A stretch of DNA of 63,893 bases, the filler included, from Perkinsus chesapeaki ATCC PRA-425 (Eukaryota > Protista > Perkinsozoa), in the NCBI GenBank assembly GCA_013115145.1. It is 11 parts of 11 records of this genome, joined end to end, with 100 filler letters (N's around TTAATTAATTAA, not from the genome) between each part and the next. Parts side by side here need not be neighbours in the genome. Positions count along the whole stretch, not along the records: positions 1 to 30,904 come from JAAPAO010000430.1; positions 31,005 to 34,473 come from JAAPAO010001405.1; positions 34,574 to 36,558 come from JAAPAO010001713.1; positions 36,659 to 37,754 come from JAAPAO010002210.1; positions 37,855 to 44,478 come from JAAPAO010001071.1; 6 more parts are not named here. One strand, given 5' to 3'. The notes beneath the pieces were generated by a model. The model did no database searches. It had not been told where the DNA came from and saw only the letters and a program-made list of their open reading frames with translations. A program made the translations under genes and the position numbers. This document shows, piece by piece, positions 27,401-38,325 of the stretch (positions are counted from its first letter, which is position 1; the number at the start of each line of letters is the position of its first letter).

Positions 27401-28636
27401 GGTGGTGGTCTACGTCTTCGTAATGGTCTTGGTGGTTTAGATATACCACCATCTATCCTCTTACTGTCATTTCCTCCACCACTTTCACTGCCTCCTCTAC
27501 TTCCTATTGCTGCCATCCTATCTAGATTAGCCATTATATTCCTAGATGTTGCTAATGCTCTATCCTGTGATGGTGTACTAGATAGTAGCATTGATGTATA
27601 CCTAGGCAATGTTGTCAGAGCCCCCCTTCTATTATCATATATACCACCACCAGTAGATGATGATGATAACCTACCACCCATACCAAAGGTATTAGTATGA
27701 GATAATGCAGCTGCTGGCGTGGATATACCAGCGAATCTAGATCCACTATTAGAGCCTAGTGTCATCCTTTTAGCGGGCTGCTGCTGTTGTTGATAGGTTG
27801 TCGTTGATGATGAAGATGATGTGGAGAGCCTATTATCCATATATCCATTACCATCACCATCCTCTATAGTGCTTGTATTAGGATGAGGTGATGATCTATT
27901 ACGTTTACGTTTGGTAATACCTACCATATATTAATGATATATATTTATCACTACTACTACTACTACTACTACTACTACCTGTAGTCGGCCTCTTATTAGG
28001 TGTACGTTTAGAATGACTACTTAGACGTGGTACTAATACTAAATCAGTATTGGATTCTGATTCCATTGTATTATCTATATAATGACGTAGTAAGTGTGGT
28101 ATATACTACCAATAATCTACCAATTACTACCCCTTCTAGTATCAGTAAATGGTTTAAAGTCAAATGTTGGTGGTGGGGAATCCTTCAATGCACCTGCTAA
28201 GATATTATAGTATATTAATAAATACTATTACATGATGAAGCGGTATCCTCTTTACATTCCTCATCTTCTGATATAGTATCCTCTTGATGATGCCCCTTCC
28301 TAGTTAATACAGATCTAATAGCATTAAATGGACGTGTTGCTATATTAACTATTCTACCAAACCTACCAAAATACTATATTAATATATAATAATATATATT
28401 ACCAAGTAGATTCATTATTATCCTCTACTCTAGTATCATGTACCCTATTATAAGGTGTAGTATGTCCTTGTTGTTGTTGCCTAGTCCGTAATATACGTCT
28501 AGTAGGTCCATGACCCTACTAACTATTATACCTCAACCCATATATCACTTATTACCTGTTCTTCCCTATGACCACTTAGACGAGGTAATCCAAGCTCTCG
28601 TGGACCCGGATAATCATCATCGTCTTCATATATCAT
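24406..28636 (-). CDS. FG-repeat nucleoporin, Nup153/Nup1-like basket nucleoporin (spliced)
   Basis: Dozens of SIFG/SMFG/GLFG repeats across minus-strand exons. Basic C-terminal tail GRRILRVKRRG* resembles the Nup153/Nup1 tail. The start (MIYEDDDD at 28636) is inferred. Confidence 0.8.
25721..25832. repeat. 45-bp tandem repeat (2.5 copies) encoding GSIFGNITSTPATSG
   Basis: ATTACCAAATATACTACCACCACTAGTGGCCGGTGTACTAGTAAT occurs at 25721 and 25766, with a partial copy at 25811. Confidence 0.95.
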
Positions 28637-28796
28637 AGTTAAAGACAACAACAACAGCACTGAGACGTATATGGTGTTCCTGCTGCCAATGCTGATGCAC
28701 ATTATTAATCGATCATCTGGGCGCGCGCTAGTAGCATTTGGTGGTTGGTGGTTGTTATGATGCCAGGTCCTTATTATTAGTGTATTGTTGTTGTAT

Positions 28797-29830
28797 ATGT
28801 CGTCTAAACTAAACGATCAGTGGGATAGTGATAGTGATGATGATTGGGAGGCAGCTGATGCTGGATTAGATGATATTAAAACTGATAAGGAAGCCGCTGC
28901 TGAGAAAGCATTATCAGCAGCAGCAGCAGGTCCAACAACACCACAGGTAGTAGGGTTATTTAGGGTAGCAGGGACGATATATAATAGGTTAATAAAACAA
29001 AGAAGGTAGATAAGAGTGGACCTAAGGTTACTACTATTACTAAGGAATTTGATGCTGATGATGTACCATTGGATGATCCGGTAGCTGAGAAGGCACGACA
29101 ACAGAAGATGGTAGGATGGTAGTATTATAGTGGTATAATAATGGTTATAGATTGAGAAAGCTGATATGGAAAACATATGTGATGTATTTGGTGTATCATC
29201 ACCTGTTGATGATGATGCCTCACAAGAAGGTAATATGGTTGTATAATAATAAAGAATAATATTATATTAGGTGAAGAGCATGTTAAGATAAGGGAGACTA
29301 CTACTGTTGTTGAGAAAGATTCATTTGAAGAGTTACAGTTAAAGACTCTTAAGGACGTGGAACAGCTCAGTGAAAGGTAATAAAGATTGAGAGGGGGTAG
29401 TAGTACTGTTATTATTATTAACAGATGTGTTGGTAAACTAAATGATTGTCGTACTAAAGCAGCTGCATTCAATTTCATGCGGGATACATTACGTGGTATA
29501 GAGGGTAAGCTAGATCAAGATGAATGCACTAAACTTATTAAAGAATTACAAACATTAGTAACATCTAAAAAGCAAGAGAAGGTAATATACTCGAAGGCTG
29601 GTGGTGGTCATGATGATGTTAGGCTGAGAAGGATAGGAATCGTAAGAAACAAGCTACTGATGTATCACAAATGAAGAAGGGTGCTAAGGTAGATTATCAA
29701 GCTGAGATGGATATGATGTAATAATAATGTTATATTAATAATAATAAGTATCATTATTATTAGGTATGGTGAAGGTGGTGGTTATGAGGGTTATGATGAT
29801 GAGTATGATGAATATGCTGATTTCATGTAG
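28797..29830 (+). CDS. EIF3J: Eukaryotic translation initiation factor 3 subunit J (spliced)
   Basis: N-terminal DQWDSDSDDDWE, LDDPVAEKARQQKM|IEKADM and C-terminal ...YDEYADFM*. Confidence 0.9.
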
Positions 29831-30070
29831 TAATAGCACCATAGTTCCTACTACTATTAACTTACTCCTCCTCCTCCTTCCTTAATAATTGTTATTATCC
29901 CTATAGGATATATAACTCGTAATACTTACGCTCTTACATAGACACATTATCCTAATAATCAATGCTACTACTACTAGACCATCACTTCATACTATTATAT
30001 TATTAGTTGTTGTGTTGTAATAATAAGTTATAGTAATAATATGGGGTGATAGTTTTACTATCATTAGAAC

Positions 30071-30728
30071 ATGGCTAAGCAACAACAGGAAGCAGCAGCA
30101 GCACCACGTAGTGTCATACCATTCTTTGTTTTAATCATGGGTAATAATGTTACCATAATGACTATGTACTATAAATAATATTACTCATTAGTATCAATAT
30201 CGGTGATATATTTATATGATCCATGTAATGTAGAATGGTCTGATAGAATTGACTGTGGTTGGTCTGGTAGGATATATAATATTATGTATTATTATAATGT
30301 ATTATTATTAGCAGGTATAAGCCGTACTAGATGTGTACAAAGTGGTAAATTAGAAATGAATGGATATGATGGTATTATACAGATAGCAATGTAATATTAT
30401 ATAACCGTTCTTGTTGTTCTTCTTCTTGTTGTTGTTCTTGTTGTTGTTGTTCTTGTTGTTGTTGTATTATATAGTAATATAACCAGATACGCCGGAATAG
30501 CATTAGCAGCTGCTACATTACTACATTATCTCTCTGGATTCCCTAAAACATCATTATTGCTGTAATAATAATATTATTAACATGATATATATTACTATCA
30601 TCATTATTATTAGTTATCACGGTATAGCCTTATATATAGTTCATCATATCACTAGATGCTGTTATGATGGTAATGTTAGTGGTAATGTACCACATTGTTA
30701 TACAAAGGGAGTAGGATGGTTAAGATAA
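30071..30728 (+). CDS. Small membrane-anchored trefoil (P-type) domain protein, spliced
   Basis: Exons give IPFFVLIM|VSISVIYLY (hydrophobic anchor), DPCNVEWSDRIDCGWS|GISRTRCVQS and CCYDGNVSGNVPHCY. The six Cys follow trefoil spacing. The splice joining the last exon is uncertain. Confidence 0.6.
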
Positions 30729-30830
30729 ACATAGCCTACTTAGTAAACATGGTTAATACATCATCATCATAGGCGCCACGGCCGGCGCCCTATTATTAAG
30801 GATTGTTTCTATTATTATTAAAAAAGTATT

Positions 30831-30831
<1 letters not shown>

Positions 30832-30904
<73 letters not shown>
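30832..30904. repeat. (TAT)n microsatellite running into the contig end
   Basis: Uninterrupted TAT repeats from 30832 to 30904. Confidence 0.95.
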
Positions 30905-31004
30905 NNNNNNNNNNNNNNNNNNNNNNNNNNNNNNNNNNNNNNNNNNNNTTAATTAATTAANNNNNNNNNNNNNNNNNNNNNNNNNNNNNNNNNNNNNNNN
31001 NNNN
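30905..31004. other. Artificial contig spacer
   Basis: 44 N + TTAATTAATTAA + 44 N. Confidence 0.99.
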
Positions 31005-31006
31005 AA

Positions 31007-33526
31007 GTCGAATGCAAATTCTGTCATCGGCAATTGTCATGGTCCAATGGCAGCTACAAAGCTCTCGAGCGGCACAAGTGTGAGACTCGTCGCAGCATAT
31101 CATCGGTCAAGCGAGGCACTGCTGCTGAAGACATAGAGAAGCAATCTCGGAGTATGCTGCGCTTCGTCGAAGCAGCTTGGCAAAAGGAAACAGAAAAACT
31201 AATCTTAGCAATGGTACTATCGGCTAGCCATGCATTTACCGAGCTCCGTTAGTAACGGAGTGGTAACGGACCGTTACCACTCTGGTTCGACTGTATAATA
31301 TAGTCCGAATCATTTGACTGTACATTCACTGTACTTGTTCATGTCGTATTTCCTAAGTGAGTAGATCCAGAAGTATACCATGAAGCCCGCTGTAGGTGAT
31401 CGAAGACGGGCTTCCGCCCTCTATAGTAGAGAAGAGCGGTTTCAAAGCACTATTTGCACACTTGTCGAGAGGCAGAAAAGAAGCTCGGCTACCTTCATGC
31501 CGAACGATTCGTCGGTGAGACTGAAAGGTGTCGGATACCTATCAGTTGCTTTGTTGTCAGGCGTCTCGATGATCTCTCGGTTGCTTGGGCTCCAAAAGTA
31601 AAGACAAGGTTATCCAGCAGTCACACTATTTGCGTGACTTGCGATGTATGGACGAGATTCGGAAAAGACTCCCTGCTGGGAATAATAGCACATCATCGTC
31701 TACCTACTGATCCGGAGAATCCAGAGTGCTCCAGCATTCACCCAGGACCGATCTCAACAACCACAGTTGCCCTAGATCCAGTCAGGGGCTCTCATACCGC
31801 GGAGAATTTGAGGGAGGTTTTCCTCCGAGCCATCGAACCTCTGAATATAATGGACAAGGTAGGAATTCGAGATAGTCGATATCCGAGTCACTCGAATCGA
31901 TTGCACGCAATGTTGAAGTAGGTTCAGTTCCTGACTACGGACTCCGGACCGGATGTCAAGAAGATGGCCCTCAAGTTACTACCTGAAGACCTACCCTCCC
32001 TGAAAGCTTGGTTTCCATGTTGTGGCCACAATCTCCACTTAGTCATCGTTAATGCTTTGGCTTTCCACAAATCCAATAAAAAGCAAGCAGCGAATGAAAG
32101 CGAGGGGAGGAAGATGGATGACATGCTAGATGATCTTCAAGATGCTGAGAGCAATAGAGAAGCCCATGAATCAAGTTGCGTGGGCCCGGAAAGTGACAGT
32201 GGCAGTGACAGCGACAGTGACTGGGATGGTTTGCTTCGTGATCACGAGGACGACTCGGGTGATGAAGAATGGTCTGCTGATGTGGAAAATCGCAATGACG
32301 CTCGTTGGCTAGTGGGTGTAGACACTAGTGGTCATATGGGAAGCACCCAGAGCAAGATATCTTGGGCGCTTGCACGAGGCCGCGCACTTGTTAAACTGAC
32401 CAGATGCTCTAATTTTGTGAGGGATGAGACCAAAGCCATCCGGGAAGAGCTCGGTTTCCCTGCGGACCATATGCTGCCACTCGATGTTCCAACACGATGG
32501 AATAGCACTGCCCATTTTCTAAAGGAGCTGATAAAATACAGATGTGTGATCGAGACTCTGCAGTCGCGGATAGCTCATTGCGGAAATAAAAAGCTCAAGA
32601 AGATGATACGCCTGTGCGGACTTCGCTCAGACGACTTCGAACTTTTTGGTGCAATATGTCGCTGCCTAGCTCCCTTCGAAGAAGCAACTCGCTGGCTGAG
32701 CGGTAGCCACTACAGTACGATTATCTCGCTCAGCATGGTCTTAGTTCTCTTAAGTTCTTGGCTCGGTAAACTGAGGCAGAGTATGAACAGATATGACGAC
32801 TCTATTAGCTTGAAGCTGTTACCTCTATTAATACAGAAGTTTGACAAATACTTCAGTTATGCCAAAGAAGGTAGGAGCTCTAAGTTCATCATAGCGGCTG
32901 GATATCTGAACCCTGACACCAGAAATCTCTCATCTACTGTGACTAGTTCTAATCCATGGGCAGTAGATGACAAGCAAGGCCGTACCTGTGTGCTTCAATG
33001 TATAGAAGAACTGGGGATTGACAGGGAAACCAAGATTGCGGCTAGCTCCGGCAATGAGGCAACTCCCCGTGCCCAGGATGCCACAGGAATTGCCAAACAA
33101 AATGCTAGTTCGTCGTCTTCAGATGAAGACTTCACAGCGCATGTCCTACAAGCAATGTCTGGCTCCGACTCTCCAGAGGTTTGTGAGGACCACGAGGACC
33201 GTGAAGCCCGAAGCGAGAGACTCCTACGACATTTATTGACCTATGAGGACAGGGCCCGCCATAAGCAGCGTAGAGACGAGCTTAGTAAAGTTGCAGCTGC
33301 TGGCCCAGTTGGTACATCAGAGAGGTTCAGAGCCTTCTGGGATGCTTGTTATGATCTGGAGGAGGTCTTTGAATTGGCATGCCTTCTTTCTCTTATACCG
33401 AGTTCCTCTGTATCATCGGAAAGCTCATTTTCGGTATGTACGGCCTTGACGAGATCTAATAGAGCGAAAATGAGCTCGAAGAGACTTAGGGGACTCCTTC
33501 TTTGCAAGGAGCCAAAAGAAGTGTAG
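31007..33526 (+). CDS. hAT transposase with BED zinc finger, DDE core and dimerisation domain; 3 introns (31214-31395, 31515-31560, 31859-31921)
   Basis: VECKFC...LERHKC (BED), IEDGLPPSIVEKSGF, CDVWT, TTDSG, CCGHNLHL, DVPTRWNST and IPSSSVSSESSFS. Intron phases are compatible and there are no internal stops. Confidence 0.9.
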
Positions 33527-33980
33527 CTCTTGGTGGTGTCAGGATGTTGCTAATGATTTCTATTATACAATTAGTGTTTCCGATCAGTAACGATGGCCTT
33601 GTGCCATAGTTGCCTGCATATTACAGTTTATTATCGTAAGCGAACTCTTTGTGCATGTATCTACCAGCTGCGAATTGTCGTTATTGTAGTAACTGGTTTC
33701 AGCTGACAGAGTGTTTTTCTTTGGTTAGAGTTGCACTACAGTGTAGTGACTACACCTATACCAGTTCGATGAACCGCGTAACAATTAATCCTGTAAGTTC
33801 ATCAACATGTTATGGTAATACCATAATAGCGTGAATGAATTATTCACAATGATTCATACTGTATGATACCATTGGTATGATACTAATGGCATCCCGCCCG
33901 AAGAAGTTATGTCGGTAAATCCTTCGTACATACATTTCAAGTCATAATGTAGGTCCGAGCAGTCTGGTTAAAATTTATAG

Positions 33981-34075
33981 CCGGACTGTCCGGACCGGCC
34001 CTGACCGGACAAGGCTATGACCAGCCGGACCGGTACGGACCTGACCGAGTGCTGCCAGTCCGGTGCCCACCCCTA
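33981..34075. repeat. hAT right terminal inverted repeat plus subterminal CCGGAC repeats
   Basis: CCGGAC at 33981, 33990, 34005 and 34025, with variants. TIR about 34061-34075. Confidence 0.75.
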
Positions 34076-34473
34076 GTAGTCTCGGTAGAGTCCTCCGCGT
34101 TAGCCTGATCACTTGGGACACGAAGAGTTCTGTACACACATGGGTCAAGCATGATAGCCGCCAACATAGGCGGGTCAACCAACAGATTATTAGATAGGCC
34201 ACCACCATACCTTGTTGTGGATCTCGACAAGAAGTCAACCCTTAGTTTGGCAGGGGGTAACCTTTTACCACCAGTAGCGTCCACCACAGCTTGCAGCTCA
34301 GTCTTCAGGCGCATCAGCGACACCTGACGGGCCAGCTTCTGATCCTCTGAAGCGTCTGCGACCTCCGGCGAGAACTTCTTATAAAGAGCTTCACGAAGCT
34401 CCTGATTAGCCAGCACACCTTCAATATCACCTAGGCGGTCCAGGCCCATGCTCTTCAGAGCCTGTACTGCCTG
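34076..34473 (-). pseudogene. Fragment of a second, probably hAT-like transposase ORF interrupted by the hAT insertion
   Basis: Open frame from the contig end through NNLLVDPPMLAAIMLDP (like the hAT AxxLDP motif), running into the TIR at 34075. Confidence 0.45.
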
Positions 34474-34573
34474 NNNNNNNNNNNNNNNNNNNNNNNNNNN
34501 NNNNNNNNNNNNNNNNNTTAATTAATTAANNNNNNNNNNNNNNNNNNNNNNNNNNNNNNNNNNNNNNNNNNNN
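34474..34573. other. Artificial contig spacer
   Basis: 44 N + TTAATTAATTAA + 44 N. Confidence 0.99.
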
Positions 34574-35943
34574 CTCCGGCAGCTTAGTAAACACCGTGGG
34601 TTCAATCCCATAATACTAATTCTAGCCATAACCAATTTCAACTTTACGAACTGTGGTGCACTTGCAGGATTTCTGACTCTGAAACTCTGGGTTACCAGCA
34701 TGCGCTGTTATACGCGCGTCACAGCTAGCTCTGGCCCAATGAAATGGTCTCGTAACGATTGTAGTTAATTGCGCACGGGTTATCTCAGGCTGAAGTTCGG
34801 CACAGCAGCTTCCTTGTGAAGATGCGATCACTGTTGATAGTATGAAAAATAGAACCGGCGATTATCAAATCCGACACGGAGCTCCGCCCTCCACCTCTGC
34901 CATCGATAGTTGGCTGCACGCGCGGTATGCGTGCTCCTCCTCGGGGGCCTCACAGTCTGGTATAAAGGTTTGGGCAAATGCCAGGAAACTAGTCATTTCG
35001 CTCATCACTGGTTAGTATCACATGTCACGGTTTAGAACCATGACGTGTGAACAAATATTGGAAGCTTCGTTTACAATGAATCATTACAAATACAATTTGC
35101 CGAATATGCATGAGCGTCATGCTGCCGTCAGAGCGTTTTGAGCTTTTACCTGTGTCACGCGAAGGCCAGAAGGGCTGTGGCCAGCAACACAAGTAGAGAA
35201 TGTTTTGTATTGAGGCTCACCGAAACTGCACAGATAGCGGGCTTGAACGGCGAGCCCCTCGACTGTTGGTGAGTCACTGGGTATGCATTGGTATTACTCG
35301 AAGGAAGATGAATAATATCCGCTTACGGTGTAATGTACGTGAGCTATTTGCCGTGAAATCCAACTATTCAATCGTCGACATACAGCTTGGTAGAATACTA
35401 CACAATCTGGTTTTATGGGTGTGTTAGTATGGTCCAACTGTATTGTAGCTGAGAACTGCTTGAGCATTCTAGGCTGATATAGGAGGGTTCCAAGACGGTG
35501 TTGGCAAGACCATGCGACCAATGCGATCAGAACGGCGTCATGTCACGGGAAGGCAGCCCAGGCCGTCTCGCGATTCTGGCTTGAAATAGTGATCCCCTGG
35601 CCTCCTCTCGGACCTCCTCCGAAGTCTCAGACTCTCTGTCGATGGTTGGTCTACCTTTCTGGATCGTATGGGGCTTACCTAACAGTTAGAATAGTGAGCA
35701 GCGATCTACCTCAATTCGATTGTGTTTGCGTGCATGCATTTCCTGCGTCGCGGCGACGGCGTCGCCTAAGCTTCAAGCTTCAAGGAATTCATACTTCTAA
35801 GCTCTCATTTGTTTACTAGTTGCCATCTGGATTAACGGCAACGATCCTTGTTAGCTCTCAACTTAGTGATAGTACTTCCCCTTATGGCCGGCTGCTCCCC
35901 TCTCACTCCGTTCTCAAAGAGCAGTATGGGTTTCGTTAGCTAC

Positions 35944-36405
35944 ATGATGTTGGTCCTATTCTCAGTATTGGTTGTGAGCACCGGGAACCCCTTCATCTTC
36001 CTCACTCCTTTCTTCCGTGGAGTCGGAACTTGCCCGCCGTTCGAGAATCTCGGTGCAACTGCCTTACCCAGTCTGGACGACAACACCATGAGGGTTGTTT
36101 TGAGAAGTGGTGGTTCATATTCTGGATTCAACTTGACATACAGCGCAGATCCGCCCAGCCCTGGAGATCCCAAAAAGACCACCCTTAAGCTTGCCCCGTG
36201 TCAAAATCAAAATCACCGCTTTATATTGCGTCTGGAGAACTTGGGTTTCGCTGATCTCAAGAAAGACTGCTCCGATGTCTTCTTCGTGGTGGTCCAGGAA
36301 TCCACTGGAGAGCACCAGCTCACTTTGAAGGTTCAGAATGCTTCGCTGGACCTTGACTTATATTATTGCGATGAGCCTCGCACCGGGACTCATCCATGTC
36401 TCTAG
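35944..36405 (+). CDS. Small putative secreted protein of unknown family (153 aa)
   Basis: MMLVLFSVLVVSTG is signal-peptide-like, followed by an uninterrupted ORF with several Cys. Confidence 0.55.
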   Translation: MMLVLFSVLVVSTGNPFIFLTPFFRGVGTCPPFENLGATALPSLDDNTMRVVLRSGGSYSGFNLTYSADPPSPGDPKKTTLKLAPCQNQNHRFILRLENLGFADLKKDCSDVFFVVVQESTGEHQLTLKVQNASLDLDLYYCDEPRTGTHPCL

Positions 36406-36558
36406 GACAAGTAAGTGCTCCTTATCGGAGGAATGCTACCAAGCTTCCTTCTTGGATGGTGTAGTCCCTTATGGACTTATATTTCCTGCGCAAGGAAGAC
36501 TGGCCGTTTTACTGAGGTTGAAACCTTCGCGTCAGGGGACAGTGACACAAACAGCTGA

Positions 36559-36658
36559 NNNNNNNNNNNNNNNNNNNNNNNNNNNNNNNNNNNNNNNNNN
36601 NNTTAATTAATTAANNNNNNNNNNNNNNNNNNNNNNNNNNNNNNNNNNNNNNNNNNNN
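36559..36658. other. Artificial contig spacer
   Basis: 44 N + TTAATTAATTAA + 44 N. Confidence 0.99.
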
Positions 36659-37754
36659 CTGACATCATCAACTGTGTCGTCGAACGACTCCAGTGGTGGA
36701 CTGACTGGGCTTGTGCTACCGAGCTTTGTTCGTTTCTTAGATCTCCATTCCATCTTTCAGGCCTGGCGGGGAGCGAATCAGCAATCGGCTGCAGATATCA
36801 CCGAGGATCCTGAAGACTTGAGGAAGCGATGGCTTCGTCTAGTCCAATCTGAAGATGAAGAAACTTCCCAAGCTCTAGAACAACTGAAGAAGACGGTTGG
36901 CAACGGTGATGCTCCGACGTTGGTCAATGGTTATCTCTACAATCTATTTATCGACGAGGACGGTATACTGAAGAGGCGGACACTGAGAGGAAGCTTGACT
37001 GCGAGGACTGGTCAAAAAGATGAACATATTCAAACTGTCCTTCCTAGATCGCTGATGGCCGAAGTAGCTGTGGCAACACATGCTGAACTTGGTCATGCTG
37101 GCTTCTTATCTACCTTCCGAGAAGTCTCGCAATCATGCTGGTCTCCGAAGTGTCGTGAAATTGTGAAATCATCAGTATCGAATTGTATCCCTTGTATCAG
37201 GACTGTACCTAAGGCTAGTAACGTCTTGAAGGCCTTTCCTGGACCTGTTATCCTTCCTCGTTGGCCCTTCGAAATTGTTGGTGCTGATCTCTATGGTCCA
37301 ATCAGATTGCGTACCTCCCGAAGATCTAAAGATGACGACGACGGGGAGAATGGGAAAGGTCCCTATATCCTCACTATCACAGATAGATTAACTGGTTACT
37401 GTCTGTTCGAACTAATCCCGAACAGCCGTTCGGACACTGTAGTGCGTGCGTTCGAGAAAGTTCTATGTTGGGAGCTATGCGCAAAAGTGAGAGAATGTTG
37501 GACAGATAGAGGATCACAGTTTATGAGTTCGACTTGGGGTTCGATGTGTCTATTAAGCTCGATTAAACACAGAGTTAATTTACCAGCAACTCCACATCTT
37601 GGTGGTTGGTGGGAAACTTACCACAAGCCTCTTACCAAATGTATCCGAAGCCTTCTTGATGGCTGCTCGGTTAAGAATCTACAGGAAATGGTGAGCATAG
37701 CGCAGGCTCGTATTAATAGTAGTTGTGGCACGGACTCTCGTCCGAGTGCGCACG
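36659..37754 (+). mobile_element. LTR retrotransposon pol fragment (integrase, BEL/Pao-like), whole contig
   Basis: HAELGH...CIPC (HHCC), GADLYGP, TDRGSQF and GGWWETY (DDE). Clearly diverged from the integrase at 38326-41418. Confidence 0.85.
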
Positions 37755-37854
37755 NNNNNNNNNNNNNNNNNNNNNNNNNNNNNNNNNNNNNNNNNNNNTT
37801 AATTAATTAANNNNNNNNNNNNNNNNNNNNNNNNNNNNNNNNNNNNNNNNNNNN
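37755..37854. other. Artificial contig spacer
   Basis: 44 N + TTAATTAATTAA + 44 N. Confidence 0.99.
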
Positions 37855-37935
37855 TCATCACCAATCTGAGAGTAATCCGCAGCTGCTGCGGCTGCCTGAA
37901 ACGGCCTAGCGGAGCGACGCGATCGCTCCATCTAA

Positions 37936-38138
37936 TGTCAATTTCAGGCAGGCGAAGCGTAGTTCTTAGACTAGATGAACACAAGTGCAGCAGCTGATGA
38001 GACGAAGAGCGCGAGCTCAAGTCACAAGAAAACTAACTATACGTATACAATAATTGAATGCAGAACGTACTAGCGTCAGTACTGCAAAAACGGCTAGATA
38101 CGTGGCGCAGCGAGGTGTCACCGAACGCTATAACGTCA
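37936..38138 (-). repeat. 3' LTR (203 bp)
   Basis: TGTCAATTTC...TAACGTCA; identical by eye to 44204-44406. Confidence 0.95.
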
Positions 38139-38325
38139 CAGTGCAATTAGCGAGCGCCCTTCGATGTCCCCTAGGGGGTAATCGACACACCATAGAACCT
38201 AGTACCACAGGTACTAAAAGAGGCTCCACGAACGTGGCGAGTACCATGCAAAATGAAAAAGCTAGGAGACTGCTACTTATCGTCATATACATAATCATAA
38301 TCTTAAAAAGAGTCATCAAAACATT

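Larger units (their letters stand above)
31005..34075 (+). mobile_element. hAT-superfamily DNA transposon (5' end cut off by the contig edge)
   Basis: Transposase gene followed by CCGGAC subterminal repeats and a right end ...CGGTGCCCACCCCTA (reverse complement TAGGGGTGGGCA, a typical hAT terminus). Confidence 0.85.
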
